Shown here: piece by piece, positions 1-12,757 of the stretch
How the letters are laid out: each line of letters starts with the position of its first letter
Numbering within the stretch: position 1 is the first letter of the stretch
NCBI GenBank assembly: GCA_965112155.1
Contig: OZ218099.1
DNA from: Podarcis liolepis
Lineage: Eukaryota
Length of the DNA: 64,000 nt
Reading direction: 5' to 3' (one strand)
The notes under the pieces: generated by a model
Seen by the model: only the letters and a program-made list of their open reading frames with translations
The model's database searches: none
Told to the model about the DNA's origin: nothing
Position numbers and translations under genes: made by a program

Positions 1-305
1 AATGTAGATGCCAATGATAACGGAAATCACATATAACTGTGCCAATGTCATCATTAGCACAAATAATCATGAATGCATAAAAAGGATGTCTGCAGGGGCC
101 CTAGGTACAGTATAAAACCAATATAAAAGCAGAGTTTGTCTCACAGACGCTCCACTTGTGTGGACTGTCCTATAACGGAAATCACATATAACTGTGAGTA
201 TCCCAGATCACATATCCCAGAGTGAGTATATAAATTAAGGAAACCTCACTATCTTATCTGAGTGGGTTTCATCCTTTCTGGATCCTGACCTGGCTTGGAA
301 CTTAC

Positions 306-431
306 CTGACATGCTGCGCAAAGACACTTTGGCAGTGTGTGGACGAACTGGAAGATTGGCAATGTCACTGAGCGTGGGATGATGCCTTTGTGAGGACGAC
401 CGAATGAGCTTGTTTCTCGGTTTTAAAACAC
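306..431 (-). CDS. QRICH2: QRICH2 exon (GVLKPRNKLIRSSSQRHHPTLSDIANLPVRPHTAKVSLRSMS); gene continues beyond the window
   Basis: cag/gtaagt, 126 nt, phase 1-1; LPxRPxxA motif. Confidence 0.85.
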
Positions 432-1011
432 CTGGTGGGAAAAGCACAGAGGGTGGAAGGACACTTCAGTATTTCTGCTACACACATACAAATAGTGATG
501 TAGTGATTTAAAGAAGCCAAACAAGAGTCATCCTTTTACATGCATCAGGTCTCTTACAGATGTGCTTATTCAGTATACCAGGGGCGAGGATCCTGCAATC
601 TGATCTGCCAAGATGTTGCTCGACAGCAACTCCCATCAACCAAAGTCAGCCTGCCAATGGCCAGAGGTGATAGAGATGGTAGACCGGGAACATCTGAAGG
701 GTCACAGGTTCCCCATCCCTGCAGTAAACCATTTGGCAATTGCTGCACATATCCCAGCTCTGAGACTGGAGTAAGGGTCAATCAAGAGATGGACTAAAGC
801 TCTTTTTTCCCCTTAATCACCCCTATCCATAGAAACCGGCAGCAGGAAAACGGTGCTGGCTTTGCATTCTGCAGCTGAAGGCAAATGTTTCACATTGTTC
901 CATGCAAGGTAAAGCCAGCTCTGCATATTAACACTTAATAACCTGAACAGTGTTCATGAAAGGGTTAACAAAATGTACCCAAAGCATCTGCACATGGAAT
1001 GTAACACTTAC

Positions 1012-1099
1012 CGTCCTTTCCAGTTATTGATGGGAGTTGTGCGTCCATCCGTCCTTTGTAGATATGACCATCAAGACCCAGTATATCTACCTCTTCATG
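1012..1099 (-). CDS. QRICH2: QRICH2 exon (HEEVDILGLDGHIYKGRMDAQLPSITGKD)
   Basis: ctag/gtaagt, 88 nt, phase 0-1; EVDILGLDGHIYKGR motif. Confidence 0.95.
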
Positions 1100-4000
1100 C
1101 TAGGAATCAATGCAAGCACAGGGCAGATTTCAATTTAGCCCCAAGGGCAAACATTAAAAATCCATTACAAACCAGCCCTGCAGTTTCCCTCCATCAGTCT
1201 CAACACTTACGGTGGAGCTTGAAAAGCTTTCTCACTTTGACAGTAGGGTGGCCAGGCTGGAACCTAGTGATCCCTGCTTTGCCTTTTAAATTCCCTGATC
1301 CAGTGACAGCTTCCCTGTCCATCTCTGCCTTAGTACTGTTGTCCACTCACACCTGTTTGTATGTTACCTCCCACCTCCAGCTTTTGTCAGACTACAACTC
1401 CCATCAGCCCTAACCACTGGCCATTCTGACTGCAGCTGATGGGAGATGGGAGTCCAAAAACATCTGGAGGGCATACATTGTTGCAGAAGGCTGCCCTACT
1501 CTACCAAGGAGTTTACAAAGGTAGAAACTTCATCTCTAGGTTGCAACCTGTTGGTGGTTCCATTGACTGAGAAAGAGTGGGAAACGCTGGAATCCCTGCT
1601 CTGCAGTAAACAGATATAGACTGTCAATGATGTAACAGGCAACTTGGATTTTAAGATGAATTTGTCCCAACCCTTTATCACATTGGTTTCCATCTACTGG
1701 TTTAAAACTCTGACATCCAAAGTAGTCTCCCAGTGCATATATGTGTAAGATTTCAGCCCAAGCGGAAGATAAGCTCTCGTCTTCTAGACTGGCAGCTTTC
1801 ATGTAAATCCAACACGCCATGGTTGTCAACTTAAAAATGCAACAATATAATATTGTCTTAAAAACCTCAAGAATTAGAAAAGTTAATGAAAGAGCCCAGT
1901 TGCAGCCACTGGTGAGGAATTCTATACTTTGCCCTCAGAAAAGGGAGAACAGGAACTAATGGTCTGTAACCCACAACTGTACTGGGCTCTGTACTATGGT
2001 AAGGTCAGACCAAGAGAGCTATATGTTTACATTTTTCTAAGCAGAGGAAATAAAAGATTAACAAGTATGTTTTAAATTAAAAGCAGGTCCATCGTGCAGG
2101 TTTGGATTACAGGCAGAATGACTACTTGAATACTGTATTGTTTATGTGTGGCATTTAAATTTCCAAGCAGTAGGAGGAGCTTGAGCAATATTTTTTTGGA
2201 GGGGGGGGGATAATTGAAAGCTGGAGAAGGGAGAATTCTACTGTTCAATATTTTTACTTTCCAGTTGTTTTAATTTCTTGTGGTTAACTATTTTGAGTGC
2301 CATTCATGGGAGAGAGGTGGGGTGCACGTTTTACGTCAGGGAAATGTGGAAGGAAAGGAGGCCAAGGCTGTGGAAACCAAGATAGAGGCTGCACTTTGGA
2401 TGGTGGGCATCTGATTGGGTATCTGGGGGAGAAGAACATTTGAGATAAAAAAAGGAACTAAACAAATATCCACAATCAGGACATGTATCCTGATGCACAA
2501 GAAGCCTCCAAACCTTTTAGTCATTGTATTTCTTGCATGGCTTCTAGCAACAAGCACTATGAGAATTGGGATACTGGCCTAGAACTAGCACTGGTTTGAG
2601 CTAGCAAGGATGAACAAAACATTTTGCAATCTAAATTAACTTTTTGCTAACAAAAGATAATAAAAAAAAGAAATCAGGAGAGTGTGGTCAAAAGGAAATT
2701 TGTTTTTCAGTTATCTTCATGTTACATAATTCAGAGAGAGATAAGCTGGTGGCAGGTGGAATGTGTATCACAGGAACAATACCAAGCCATTAGTCCTGCC
2801 ATTAAGAGAAAATTGTAATGTCAGCTAGAAAGGAGTGTTTTCTACACACGGTGATCTTGTTCTCATTCTCATTTAGATAATACATTATTCCCTTTTTGCA
2901 GGGTCTGAAATAAGCCTATACAGCAACTTCCTCAAGGTCAACAAGTGTGTCCAGACCAATAATTGTGTTGCCTTCCATTTATTGTTGCCGTTCCAGTACT
3001 CAGCCTTTACACAGCACTCAGAATTGTGGGCCTGGGTTTTATAACATTTGCGTTTCTGAAAACCACCTTAAATGTGTCCCCCGTCCCCCGCCCACATGCA
3101 AGAGTAGAAGAGCCTTGAAATGGGAACCTAAAATTGGCCCGCTTCAGTTTCTACTAAAATAAATTAGCAGAAAATAGTAGCATAGAGCCTATGTGAACGA
3201 GTGCAAATTTATGAAGGAAAGTCAAGTCTCTAATACTGAAAGAAGGGTTACACCATGGTCAGGAAAAAGAAAGTATGTGGTTTCTCTTAAGACCAAGAGC
3301 AGTAAAATTCGTTTCTCTTCAGTTTCCTATATGAACCTGCCTGACTATTAAGTTCAGTAGGGAAGTTCATATAAGCCCTCTCCCCCATGTTAAAAATGAC
3401 AAGGGAATGGGGTTCTGGGGCCCTTTCCATTGACAACCACCGTCATGTCTGCTGCTGACAGCAAGCAGGAAGGAAATGCTCCCTCACACATTCAGACAGT
3501 GTGGGAAAGGGCTCTCCACAGGCACTGATGCACGCAGGTACTGTGTGTGCAGGTGGCAGAGGGTCAACCTCCTTATTGGCTGAGGCAAAAGGATCTTTCC
3601 AAATGGGGTAGGTAGGCAACAAAATGGGAGGTGGAAGCTCAGTGTACGTAAAGATGCACCTTGGGGCAAAAGTAAAAGTAATCTCAACTTCAGATATAGT
3701 TTGATCAGCCTGTACTGGCGGTGACATGGAAGAGGTCTCCGGATCTTGGAAGAAAAAGCTCAGTGTCAACCCAGTTTGTGGCAGATGCGAAGGAGGCAAA
3801 TTCCTTTCTAGGGATTAATAGGGAAGAGACTGAAAACAAACCTGTAGATATCACAGGGCCTTCATATCAATCTAGTTGAGATGCTATGTAGAAGTATGGC
3901 TGCCACATCTCCAAAAGGATATTGTAGAGGTGGAAAAGGTGCAGGAAATGAAGGGGCTGCAGCACTTCCCTTGTGACAAAAGAAAGCACTGGAGCTTTTT

Positions 4001-4393
4001 GGGAGGGCAGGGAGCAGACCAGGAAAAACATGCCTGAGGTTTATAAAATTAGGCATAGTATTGCCAAAACTGACGGGGGGAGTTTTTCTCTGTGTTATTA
4101 CTAGTGCTAGGGATCATCCAATGCAAGGTGCAGTAGTGTTTTCTTTTTTAAAAAAATCAAATAAATTTGATGAGGTTCAAAGTTACATGTGAAGAAACCA
4201 AATGGACAGAGGATGAGCAAATACTCAGTGCAATCCAGACTGTATTTCTCCCTCTTATGTGAAGTGGATCATGCAAAGTAAGTGCAGGCCTGTGCATCCC
4301 TTGTAGGCTCCAAAACCTACAGGTCAGCTATGAGTCCAGCCTGACTTCCACACCCTACCTTCCGTCTTCCTCCCCACCCCCAGTTCTTGTTAC

Positions 4394-4562
4394 CTTCATC
4401 ACCGCCAACATGGCGTTTTCGTCCGGTTGGACTGGTGCCATAGACTGTGCAAACTGCTGCAGCCGTCCGTAACGCCGGTATGGGTAAGTGAGGGTGTGGC
4501 TGCCTCCACAGTGCCGAGGAACGCTTATGTAGCTGAAATCTGACATATCAGCAAGCCTGTCG
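4394..4562 (-). CDS. QRICH2: QRICH2 exon (DRLADMSDFSYISVPRHCGGSHTLTYPYRR...LAVMK)
   Basis: cag/gtaaca, 169 nt, phase 2-0; RxCGGSHTLT motif; alternative in-frame acceptor at 4556. Confidence 0.93.
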
Positions 4563-7500
4563 CTGTTAGGAATCAAGGGTCAACAGGTCAAAGTGGGGAA
4601 ACCCGGTGTGTAAGGGGCCCGAATGCAAAAGAGCAGGCTCTTGAACCTTGAATGGTTTGTAGGAGGTGGAGTTTCAGCAAGTATAGCTTGTAACACAAAC
4701 TGCACCATCCTTTACACAACTGTCAAAGGCACAGGTGCTCTGTCTTCTTGCTCCCCTGGCTCCCCACTACCAGTGAGTCTGAAGCCGAACCAACTACACT
4801 AACCTGGTTTCTGGAGGACAACACCCCAAACCATACATAGGTACCTGGGGGATTGTGACAAAATCTGCATACTGTTGGATAACTGCTAGTGCTGGCTTTG
4901 CTTCTCCATGCTGCAGCAATTCTTTAACAGACCAGATGTCCCAACACACAGCCACAACTCCTCCTGCCTGATTCTTTATTTTCTCACCTCACTACAGTGG
5001 CCAGGTGAAAAGGGGGACCAGGGTGAGCTACCACATCTTTAAACTGTGCAGAAGACGAGAATCTCAGCCAGTAAGCCTTGCATGTGGAAATCCCATCTTC
5101 TAAGCAGCTCATAAAAGTACAGCACCCACCCACCCTGTCCTCTTACCCAACTGGGGAGCCCATCCATCGGCCACAATCACGGCTTACTAGCTAGACCAGT
5201 GATAACCAACAGGATGCTGTTGGCTTGCAGCTCCATTAAAGACCGATGGCCATGTTGGCTGGGGCTGAAGGGAGTCCAGCTTCTTCTGGAAGCTACCCTT
5301 GAGCTAGACCAGGCAGGACTTCCCTTTTGGACATTATAGCTGGGGAGAAGATGGTCAAGAGGGAACAGGAAATGAGCAAGGTGGAAGGTTTGTGGCACCA
5401 CCTTCTGTTGTGGCTGCAGAGAGGTTAAAAGGAACAGGAAAGGTCTTCTTTCCAGGTGCAATAGTAATTTGGTTTCGGTGCCGAATGTTAAAAAAATATT
5501 AGGTTGCAATCCTACACTTGCTTACTCCACAGTAAGCCCCATTGAACTCAGTGGGGCTTGCGTTGAGTGTACATGTGTTATATGGCACAGTAATGCTGTG
5601 CTTGATTTTTTATGGTACACTTTAGCAGCTACCTTGAGTCTCCTTTTGGAGGGAGAAAGGTGGGAACAGACAAGTAAATAAGATAAATATGAGAGAGCCA
5701 GCCAAATGCCTCTCCCAGGTTGTTTAGGGTCAAGTCCTGCCCAAGGATATTTTGAAATGCTAACTTCAGAAAGCACTTTTTTTTGGGGGGGGGGGCTTTG
5801 TCACAATTGTGTCTTTGTCACAATTTAGCACCGCTGTCCTTAATTGTCCCACAAAACACCACTCACAATTGCACTGAACATTTTCAGAATGTCAAAACTG
5901 ATTCATTTCCCAAATAAAGCAGAAAACACTAAGCCGCTCCAGAGAGGTCACGGTGGAAGGGAAAACTGAAATATTAGGTGCATACTCAGTGCACAAAACA
6001 ACCTGCTCCTGGCTTTGTCTCCCTGGCCTGCACTTCATCAAGCAGCAACACACACACACAAAACAGAATGAAAGAGTAGATCTTGTCGCAAGTCAGTATG
6101 TAGACAAGGAGGGAGCTTCCTAGACAGAAAGTAGAATTTCAGGCATGGAAGCAATAGGTGGAGCAGCAACTAGCAGCAACTAGCAAGCTAACAATGAAGC
6201 AGAAATAAAAATGCAAGCTACATTGCCAGTTTTGATGGGAGGGGTTTCTGAAGTCTTGGTGGAACTTTGCTGTTGGGAACTGGGGTGGCATACCTGACCT
6301 GCAGTATAAGGTTAGTGTTTGTTTGCATGTTACTTCTTTGGTTCTGCAGGTAAAGGAGTCGGCCTGCAGACATCAGTAAATATATTGTGAAGCTGTAACA
6401 GTCAGGTCCAACTTGTTCAACAGACATCTCAAGCTCAGAGTTTGCTTTGGAATTCCAGATTTTATTACCATGCAGCAACAGCAGCAAGTCTGACCACTAA
6501 ATATGTGCATTCTTTCCATTCACAGAGCTAAATGTACGCTAAGGAGAAGCACCTTAAGGGGTTGCTTCAGGCATGACGAAATTCCTACACTGAAGTTGGT
6601 TCTGCATAAGAATCTGCATAAATCCTGCATGTCAGGTATCCAATGTGGTAAGACTAAGAGCACGTGAGGAGTTTGTGGCTTCTTACCACACAGAAACTTG
6701 TTCCAAAATGTGGATTCTGTGTATAGGAATTTCCACCCATGTGTGAAAGAAAGTGAAGAAGTTCCACATTGGTAAGTGAGAAGGCTCAGCAAATAGTTAG
6801 CTGCTCCTACTCTTCTTGTGGCTGATTTCTTGCAAAGCTGATACTGTTCACACCCTATTCGGAATATCCACCTGGATAAAAAGAATTAACTAGGAGCTCG
6901 ACCCAGAGATTTAGCTAAGTATTAATGACTGTTTTATAAATCTGACTTTCAGGGATTTCTGAACAGGAGGTGGAGCTCTGTTGTGTCCATGCCCTGAAAT
7001 CCCTAGGATGGCTGTGTAATGAAGCATTACTTCAAGCCCAGCAACAGCACCTGAAATGATGGGGTAAATGTCTGGGCCCAGAAATCCCAGAAAGTCCACT
7101 GGAGCTGACTCTGCTGCCCTCCCCTTTTGATTTTTTAAACGTAGCTTACCCAACTCCATACTCATCAAAGAAGCACTGAGCAAAATGGCCTGAGCCACCA
7201 ACATCTTTTATTCCTCCAGACTCATTCTGGGATAATAAAATGGAGGCTGATGCAGCAACCACCCAGAGCCGGCTCGCCTGTGATGCAGGGAACAGCGCCT
7301 GCCTCAGGTGGTGGAAGTGCAAGAGGGAGCACTCTGCCCTCTCCACCACTTCTGCCACCAGGAGGAGGCATTCCCGTGTGCAGCGTTGCTGCTCCTTTTC
7401 CCAGCCTCCAGGTGGAGAAGCCAAGGAAGCAGCAATATTTGGGGGAGTGCCCTGGCTCCTGCCAAGTTTGGCAAGAGCCAGGGTGTTCCTGTGTGCTGGC

Positions 7501-7742
7501 TGCTGCTTGGTTTTCCCCTGGGGGAGCAACACTCAGAGGAGCACCCTGGCTCGCACCAGGTTTGGCAAGAACTGGGGCGTGGTGGCAGAAGTGGGGTACG
7601 GTGGGTGAGGCCAGGAAGCCACAATTGGGTGGGGCGTGGAGGTTGATCTGTCCCAGGTGCCTTCAAACTGAGTGCCAGCCCTACTTTGCTTCTCGTTGCT
7701 TTGGAGCTATGAACTTCAACTGCTCGAGACCTTTTCTCCTAC

Positions 7743-7946
7743 CGTTTGCCATACGGGGTTGAGCCAAGACACTGGGCCTGCAGCATCTCCCTGATCATCT
7801 GAGCGTTGACCTTCGCTGCTCCACCACTGTAATGGCTCTGCACCTTCTGTATATCCATGAGCATCTTGGAATGGATGCGGCGCAGCTTATTGAGACTCGC
7901 GCTCTTCTCCAGTGCATCAAAACGGACACCAGGTCCTAACTTCAGA
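7743..7946 (-). CDS. QRICH2: QRICH2 exon (LKLGPGVRFDALEKSASLNKLRRIHSKMLMDIQKVQSHY...GSTPYGKR)
   Basis: ctag/gtagga, 204 nt, phase 2-2; HSKMLMxIxKVQ motif as in mammalian QRICH2. Confidence 0.9.
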
Positions 7947-8981
7947 CTAGGGTGGGGTACAATAGGATGGGAAGGGGAAAGGTGGGGTGCAGCAGCACAA
8001 GCCAGAGAGCAAGGAGACGGCAAACAGCCACAGAAAGAGAACGGAAAAGAGAAATCATACTGTTAAGCAGGGCTGTTGCTTCCAGCATGCCTTGCTCGCA
8101 TTTTACACTCCTTTTGTGAGAAAGCAGGAACTAGTGAGAACATTTACATGGAGCTGTGCTACCCGGGAGGACCTAACCAGATTCACGTAAACTGACAGCT
8201 ATGAAGAATCTAAAAAGCAAAGGACACATGTTCAATGGGACACATTTTCTACAGAAGATCCTCTGGGTGTAACAAATGGAGGGGTTGCTGAGGCCTACTG
8301 CCCCATCCAGCGACACTTCTGTCTCAGAGATTGCCCAAAGGAAACTTTCAGCCAATTTTTGAGAGGGATGGTTGGAGGAAAGGGAGGGATTCACCCCCAC
8401 CTACCCCCTTATGTCCCCGTTTCCCTTCCACCACCAGTTTCCTAACTTTGGCACTTGGGCTCTTTCTTCTAGCCTCTGGTTAACAGATGCCACTGTAATT
8501 TTTTGCTACACGGTGACAGAATATTGTTTGCAAGAGAACTGTAGGCAACAAACAATGGCATCCACTAGCTGCCAGGAAAGCCCTCGCCACACCAACAGAG
8601 ACTAATTCCCTGTCCTGCTCCCCTAACCTGCCAATTTGCTGAAATGATTGCCCCATTCTTGTCACATGCAAATGGGGCAGAGGAAATGGGGGAGCTCCCT
8701 CTGTCCAACCTGTCAGTGAAAAATCTTGTTTTGCTAGGCAGGAGTATTTGGGCTGCAAGCTATTTTCCTACCACTCCTGCCTTCCCCCAACAGAACGATA
8801 GCAATATCACCAAGGCCAGAGGCACTTTGCATCTGCTCTCTTCTCAGTTTCATTCTCCCCAGCAGGCCCCCTATTTCCAAATCTGTGCCCCGTCCAATTC
8901 CCACCTGACCTGCCTCTTAAAATACACACAAGCTGGGAACCAGAAAAAAAAACCCTCCAAAGCCCCTTGTCCTCTGCGTAC

Positions 8982-9083
8982 CTGCGGTTCAGCTGCCTGA
9001 TTTGTTCCAATTCATAAACCATGTATGGCCGGAGGGATTGGTGAGCAGGTAAACCTGGCACAGCAGGGAGTGTAGTGATGTGT
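8982..9083 (-). CDS. QRICH2: QRICH2 exon (HITTLPAVPGLPAHQSLRPYMVYELEQIRQLNR)
   Basis: cag/gtacgc, 102 nt, phase 2-2; RPYxVxELEQxRQ motif. Confidence 0.93.
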
Positions 9084-9462
9084 CTGCCAAGACAATAAGC
9101 AGGCAGGTTAAGCAAAGGGAGGGGTGGGGAAACGAAGCAGCTACAGGACAAGGAAGTCGTCCCTGGTTCAGCTGCTAACATCTGCTTGTCACGGAAGGGC
9201 AGGCCATGCATGGCCCTGGGCTGGCTGATGGGATGTGTTTTTCCCAAGCTACCAGTTGGAGGCTGTGGTTGCCCCATCATGGCTGAGTGAGGAGGACTCA
9301 AATCCAAATCGCCCGGCTTCCAAGTCCTGTTCTGCACCAATTTTTAAACCACCACATACCCCTATAAATATTTATTGTTCATTTTCTATCCTTCCCCACA
9401 AAGGAGCCCAGGACAGGAGCATAAGCACAAAAGCACCATAAGAGTTCCACACATGGACTTAC

Positions 9463-9528
9463 GGGCCAGGAACCACCATTTCCAAAGGTCGATCGCAAGA
9501 GATGCAGTGGAAATGGGCCAGGAGTCTC
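9463..9528 (-). CDS. QRICH2: QRICH2 exon (RLLAHFHCISCDRPLEMVVPGP)
   Basis: cag/gtaagt, 66 nt, phase 2-2; FHCxSCDRP motif. Confidence 0.95.
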
Positions 9529-10148
9529 CTGTTTGGGTAGAAAAAGAGATGCTTAGGCCAAATAAAGGAATTACGGCAATGGGAGTATAGAGCAGGTTGG
9601 GGTTGGGAGATACAGGATATGCAAATGTTTGCCTGAACGGTCCGTGCGAAGGAGAGTAAAATGATAGTTTGTACACACGTTTTCATGAAGGGGGAGATGC
9701 CCTGGAGTTGAAAGGTTTGTGGGCTCACAACAGCAGAGGAAGAAGCAACATAAGTTGTGTCTAGGGAGCTCCTTACGTGCTTGGTAACACCAGGCACCCA
9801 CAGATCTCTCCGTGGATGAGGAGGAGATGCAGAAGGCACTTTTTACACACTGCAGCACAAGCAGGCCAGGCACATTCACCTGCTGCTGCCTTCTTACCCC
9901 GTTCCTATGTAGTTTCTGATTGCCTGGGTAGCAACATAACAGTGTGGAATTAACTTGGGCATCCTAACACTCAGCATGGGTGCCTCCTATTTAAAACTGA
10001 CCACCTGGGGAGCTGTCAGAGAGCATCAGGAGATCATTCTCGATATTTTAGAACGACACATTTTCAAAATCTAAATGTCAAATTGCATGTGAAAACAACA
10101 TTGGGAGTTGTTTTTAAAAAAGAACGTCAACAACCTGCTTTAGAAAAC

Positions 10149-10422
10149 CAGTGGTACCTCGGGTTACATACGTTTCAGGTTACAGACGCTTCATGTTACA
10201 GACTCCACTAACCCAGAAATAGTACCTCGGGTTAAGAACTTTGCTTCAGGATGAGAACAGAAATCGTGCAGCAGCGGCACAGCAGCAGCAGGAGGCCCCA
10301 TTAGCTAAAGTGGTGCTTCAGGTTAAGAACAGTTTCAAGTTAAGAACGGACAGGTTAAGAACAGTTTCAAGTTAAGAACGGACCTCCAGAACGAATTAAG
10401 TACTTAACCCGAGGTACCACTG
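10149..10422. mobile_element. Tc1/mariner-type MITE
   Basis: TIRs CAGTGGTACCTCGGGTTA...TAACCCGAGGTACCACTG followed by TA; internal about 32-bp tandem duplication; same family at 33015 and 36179. Confidence 0.85.
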
Positions 10423-11627
10423 TACTCCCCTCTTCAAAACTGCACTTAAGTTGCACTTTGTACTATACTTCTATTCCCTACCCCCCTTTTCCTTCTTCGA
10501 GGGAAGCAGATTCCTCCGGTGGAGATCTGGTAGCTATGGAGCTCCTTCCCTCCCAGACATGACACACCTTTACCTAATCCCACTGACTGACGTTAAGGAA
10601 GCAGAGGTGAGCGGGGTTATGAGTCAGGACTTGGCACCACCAGCTACTGCTGGGAAAGAGTACTTGGTGCATGGGGCAGGATTTGAGCAGCTTCAAGCCT
10701 CTCTGTTCCTTGAAGATCGCCCTGAAGGAAGAGCTGGAATTAACTGCGCACACACAACTTCGCCTGGGGATACCATGCTTCTTGTCGGAAAGCATTTGCT
10801 GGCGCCTTAATCCCCCACTCTTTCAAGTACAGTCACTGTTTCGTTCCATCAATGGATGTGGAGGGAAGCAACGAGCAAGGCCTGGGAGGCGGCTTGCCTG
10901 GCTGTTGGATCCAGTCTCTATCTTCTTACATAACGGGCATACAGTATGGGGGCTACTCACTGTGCCACCACCCTCCGCCCAGCAGAATGCATTCGTAATT
11001 GCCAGTTTCCATCGCTGAGGCTATTCGCTCTCCCTTCTTCGAGGTGAGTGAGCTGTGCCCCATGTCCCCATGCGACGCAAACACCACCACCCTCTGGTGG
11101 TGACACATGCGTGATGCAGCTTGCAGCAGTGAAGGAAAGAGCATCCATTGACAACAACGTGGAGGGATGAGAGAGTGCCAGCTGGCCAACTGGGCCACTC
11201 CTTCCAAAAGACTTCCAAAACAAAAACCCCCAAAAAGCTATGCAGCAGAGTGCGATTGAGATGCCCATAGGCAAGGGAACATCCAAGATTCAGAGCCCCA
11301 TCTGAACAAAATTATCAGTTTCGGTTTCTCACTTTTCCAGTCTTAAAAGTTCAGTTTGCCCCTTTTCCACATTAGTTTACATTAAAAAAAGGGGAAGGGG
11401 GGAAGGTCCAGGCAAAAGATTGTTTGCAATTTTGTGTACATTTCACTGTAGATGTGCACGTTATATGTAAATTTACCTAACACACACATTTCTCCTGGCA
11501 ATTTTCCATAACACAATTCATTTTTGTACTCTAACATACACAATTTTGTGTGTATTTTTTTTTTTACTGGAGAAATGCATTGCAAAAACACTGAAGGAGG
11601 ATCAGCAGGCTTGGGGGGGGGGGGGGC

Positions 11628-12033
11628 TGAATCATAGAACTGTAGTGTTGGAAGGGACCCTGAGGATCATTTAGTCCAGGGGTCAGCAAACTTTTTCAGC
11701 AGTGAGCCAGTCCACTGTCCCTCAGACCTTGTGGGGAGCCAGACTATATTTTTGGGGGGAAAATGAACGAATGCCTATGCCCCACAAATAACCCAGAGAT
11801 GCATTTTAAATAAAAGCACACGTTCTAATAATGTAAAAACACGCTGATTCCCAGACTGTCCGCAAGCTGGATTTAGAAGGCAATTGGGCCGGATCCGGCC
11901 CGTGAGCCTTAGTTTGCCTACCCATGATTTAGTCCAACCCCCTGCAATGCAGGAATATGCCACTGTCCCATAGGGGGACTCGAACCTGCAACCTTGGTGT
12001 TATTAGCACCATACTCTAACCAACTGAGCTATC
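11628..12033 (-). mobile_element. tRNA-derived SINE with CR1-like tail (POM/Squam2-type), split by the hAT element
   Basis: Minus-strand head gatagctcagttggttagag...ggttcgagtcc (A and B boxes); tail ...ttctatgattc. Confidence 0.75.
11677..11926. mobile_element. Non-autonomous hAT element
   Basis: CAGGGGTCAGCAAAC...GTTTGCCTACCCATG ends; 8-bp TSD atttagtc. Confidence 0.88.
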
Positions 12034-12433
12034 AATTCCACCACTCCTTTGACTTGCCTGCAACCAGGGAGAAGAGAGGGTGTCCTATGGGGAGAGTAAA
12101 GAGAGTAAGACAGAGAGGCTTGGAGGGACACACTTGACCCCAGGCCTACTCTAATCATACTGCAATAGTAAACGTGAAAGACTTCCAGTCTTCCAAAGCA
12201 GTTTTTTTTAAGCACTTCCCACCCCCCAATCATAACTTCTACTCTTTGAAAGCAGAGGTTTCTAGGCAACCTAATGGCATGGGAGAATAGATATATAGGC
12301 AGATAGGCAAGGTATACTCCTTCAAGCCAAGCGTGTATTGTTCCACAAACTGCTAACTATGCCTAGAAGCAGCAAACACTTCTGAAAAGAGTTTGAGCAG
12401 AAAGAACTAAGAAAAGCCAAGGATGGTGTAGAG

Positions 12434-12757
12434 CAGGGGCCAGCAATCTTTTTCTGCCATGGGCCGGTCCACCGTCCCTCAGACCATGTGGTGGGCCAGA
12501 TTGTATTTTTTGGGGGGAGGGGGGATGAATGAATCCCTATGCCCCACAAGTAACCCAGAGATGCAGTTTAAATAAAAGCACACATTCTACTCATGTAAAA
12601 ACAGCAGGCAGGCCCCACAAGTAACCCAGAGATGAGTTTTAAATCAATGGACACAGTCTACTCATGCAAAAATACGCTGATTCCTGGACCGTCCGTAGGC
12701 CAGATTGAGAAGGCGATTGGGCTGCATCCGGCCCACGGGCCTTAGGTTGCCTACCCG
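12434..12757. mobile_element. Non-autonomous hAT element, same family, with internal duplication
   Basis: 8-bp TSD gtgtagag; homologous to the 11677 and 53211 copies. Confidence 0.88.

Noticed and set aside
3443-3799. Pro-rich 118-aa ORF with an acceptor-like site
   Set aside because: No recognisable homology or good donor; flanking QRICH2 exons join directly as in mammals.
10570-11055. CpG-enriched patch with donor-like sites as extra coding exons
   Set aside because: Candidate exons either shift frame or contain stops, and exons 13282 and 9528 join cleanly.
11960-12033. tRNA-like sequence as a real tRNA gene
   Set aside because: It is the head of a SINE attached to a CR1-like tail; the same applies at 42974, 44130-44222 and 44491.
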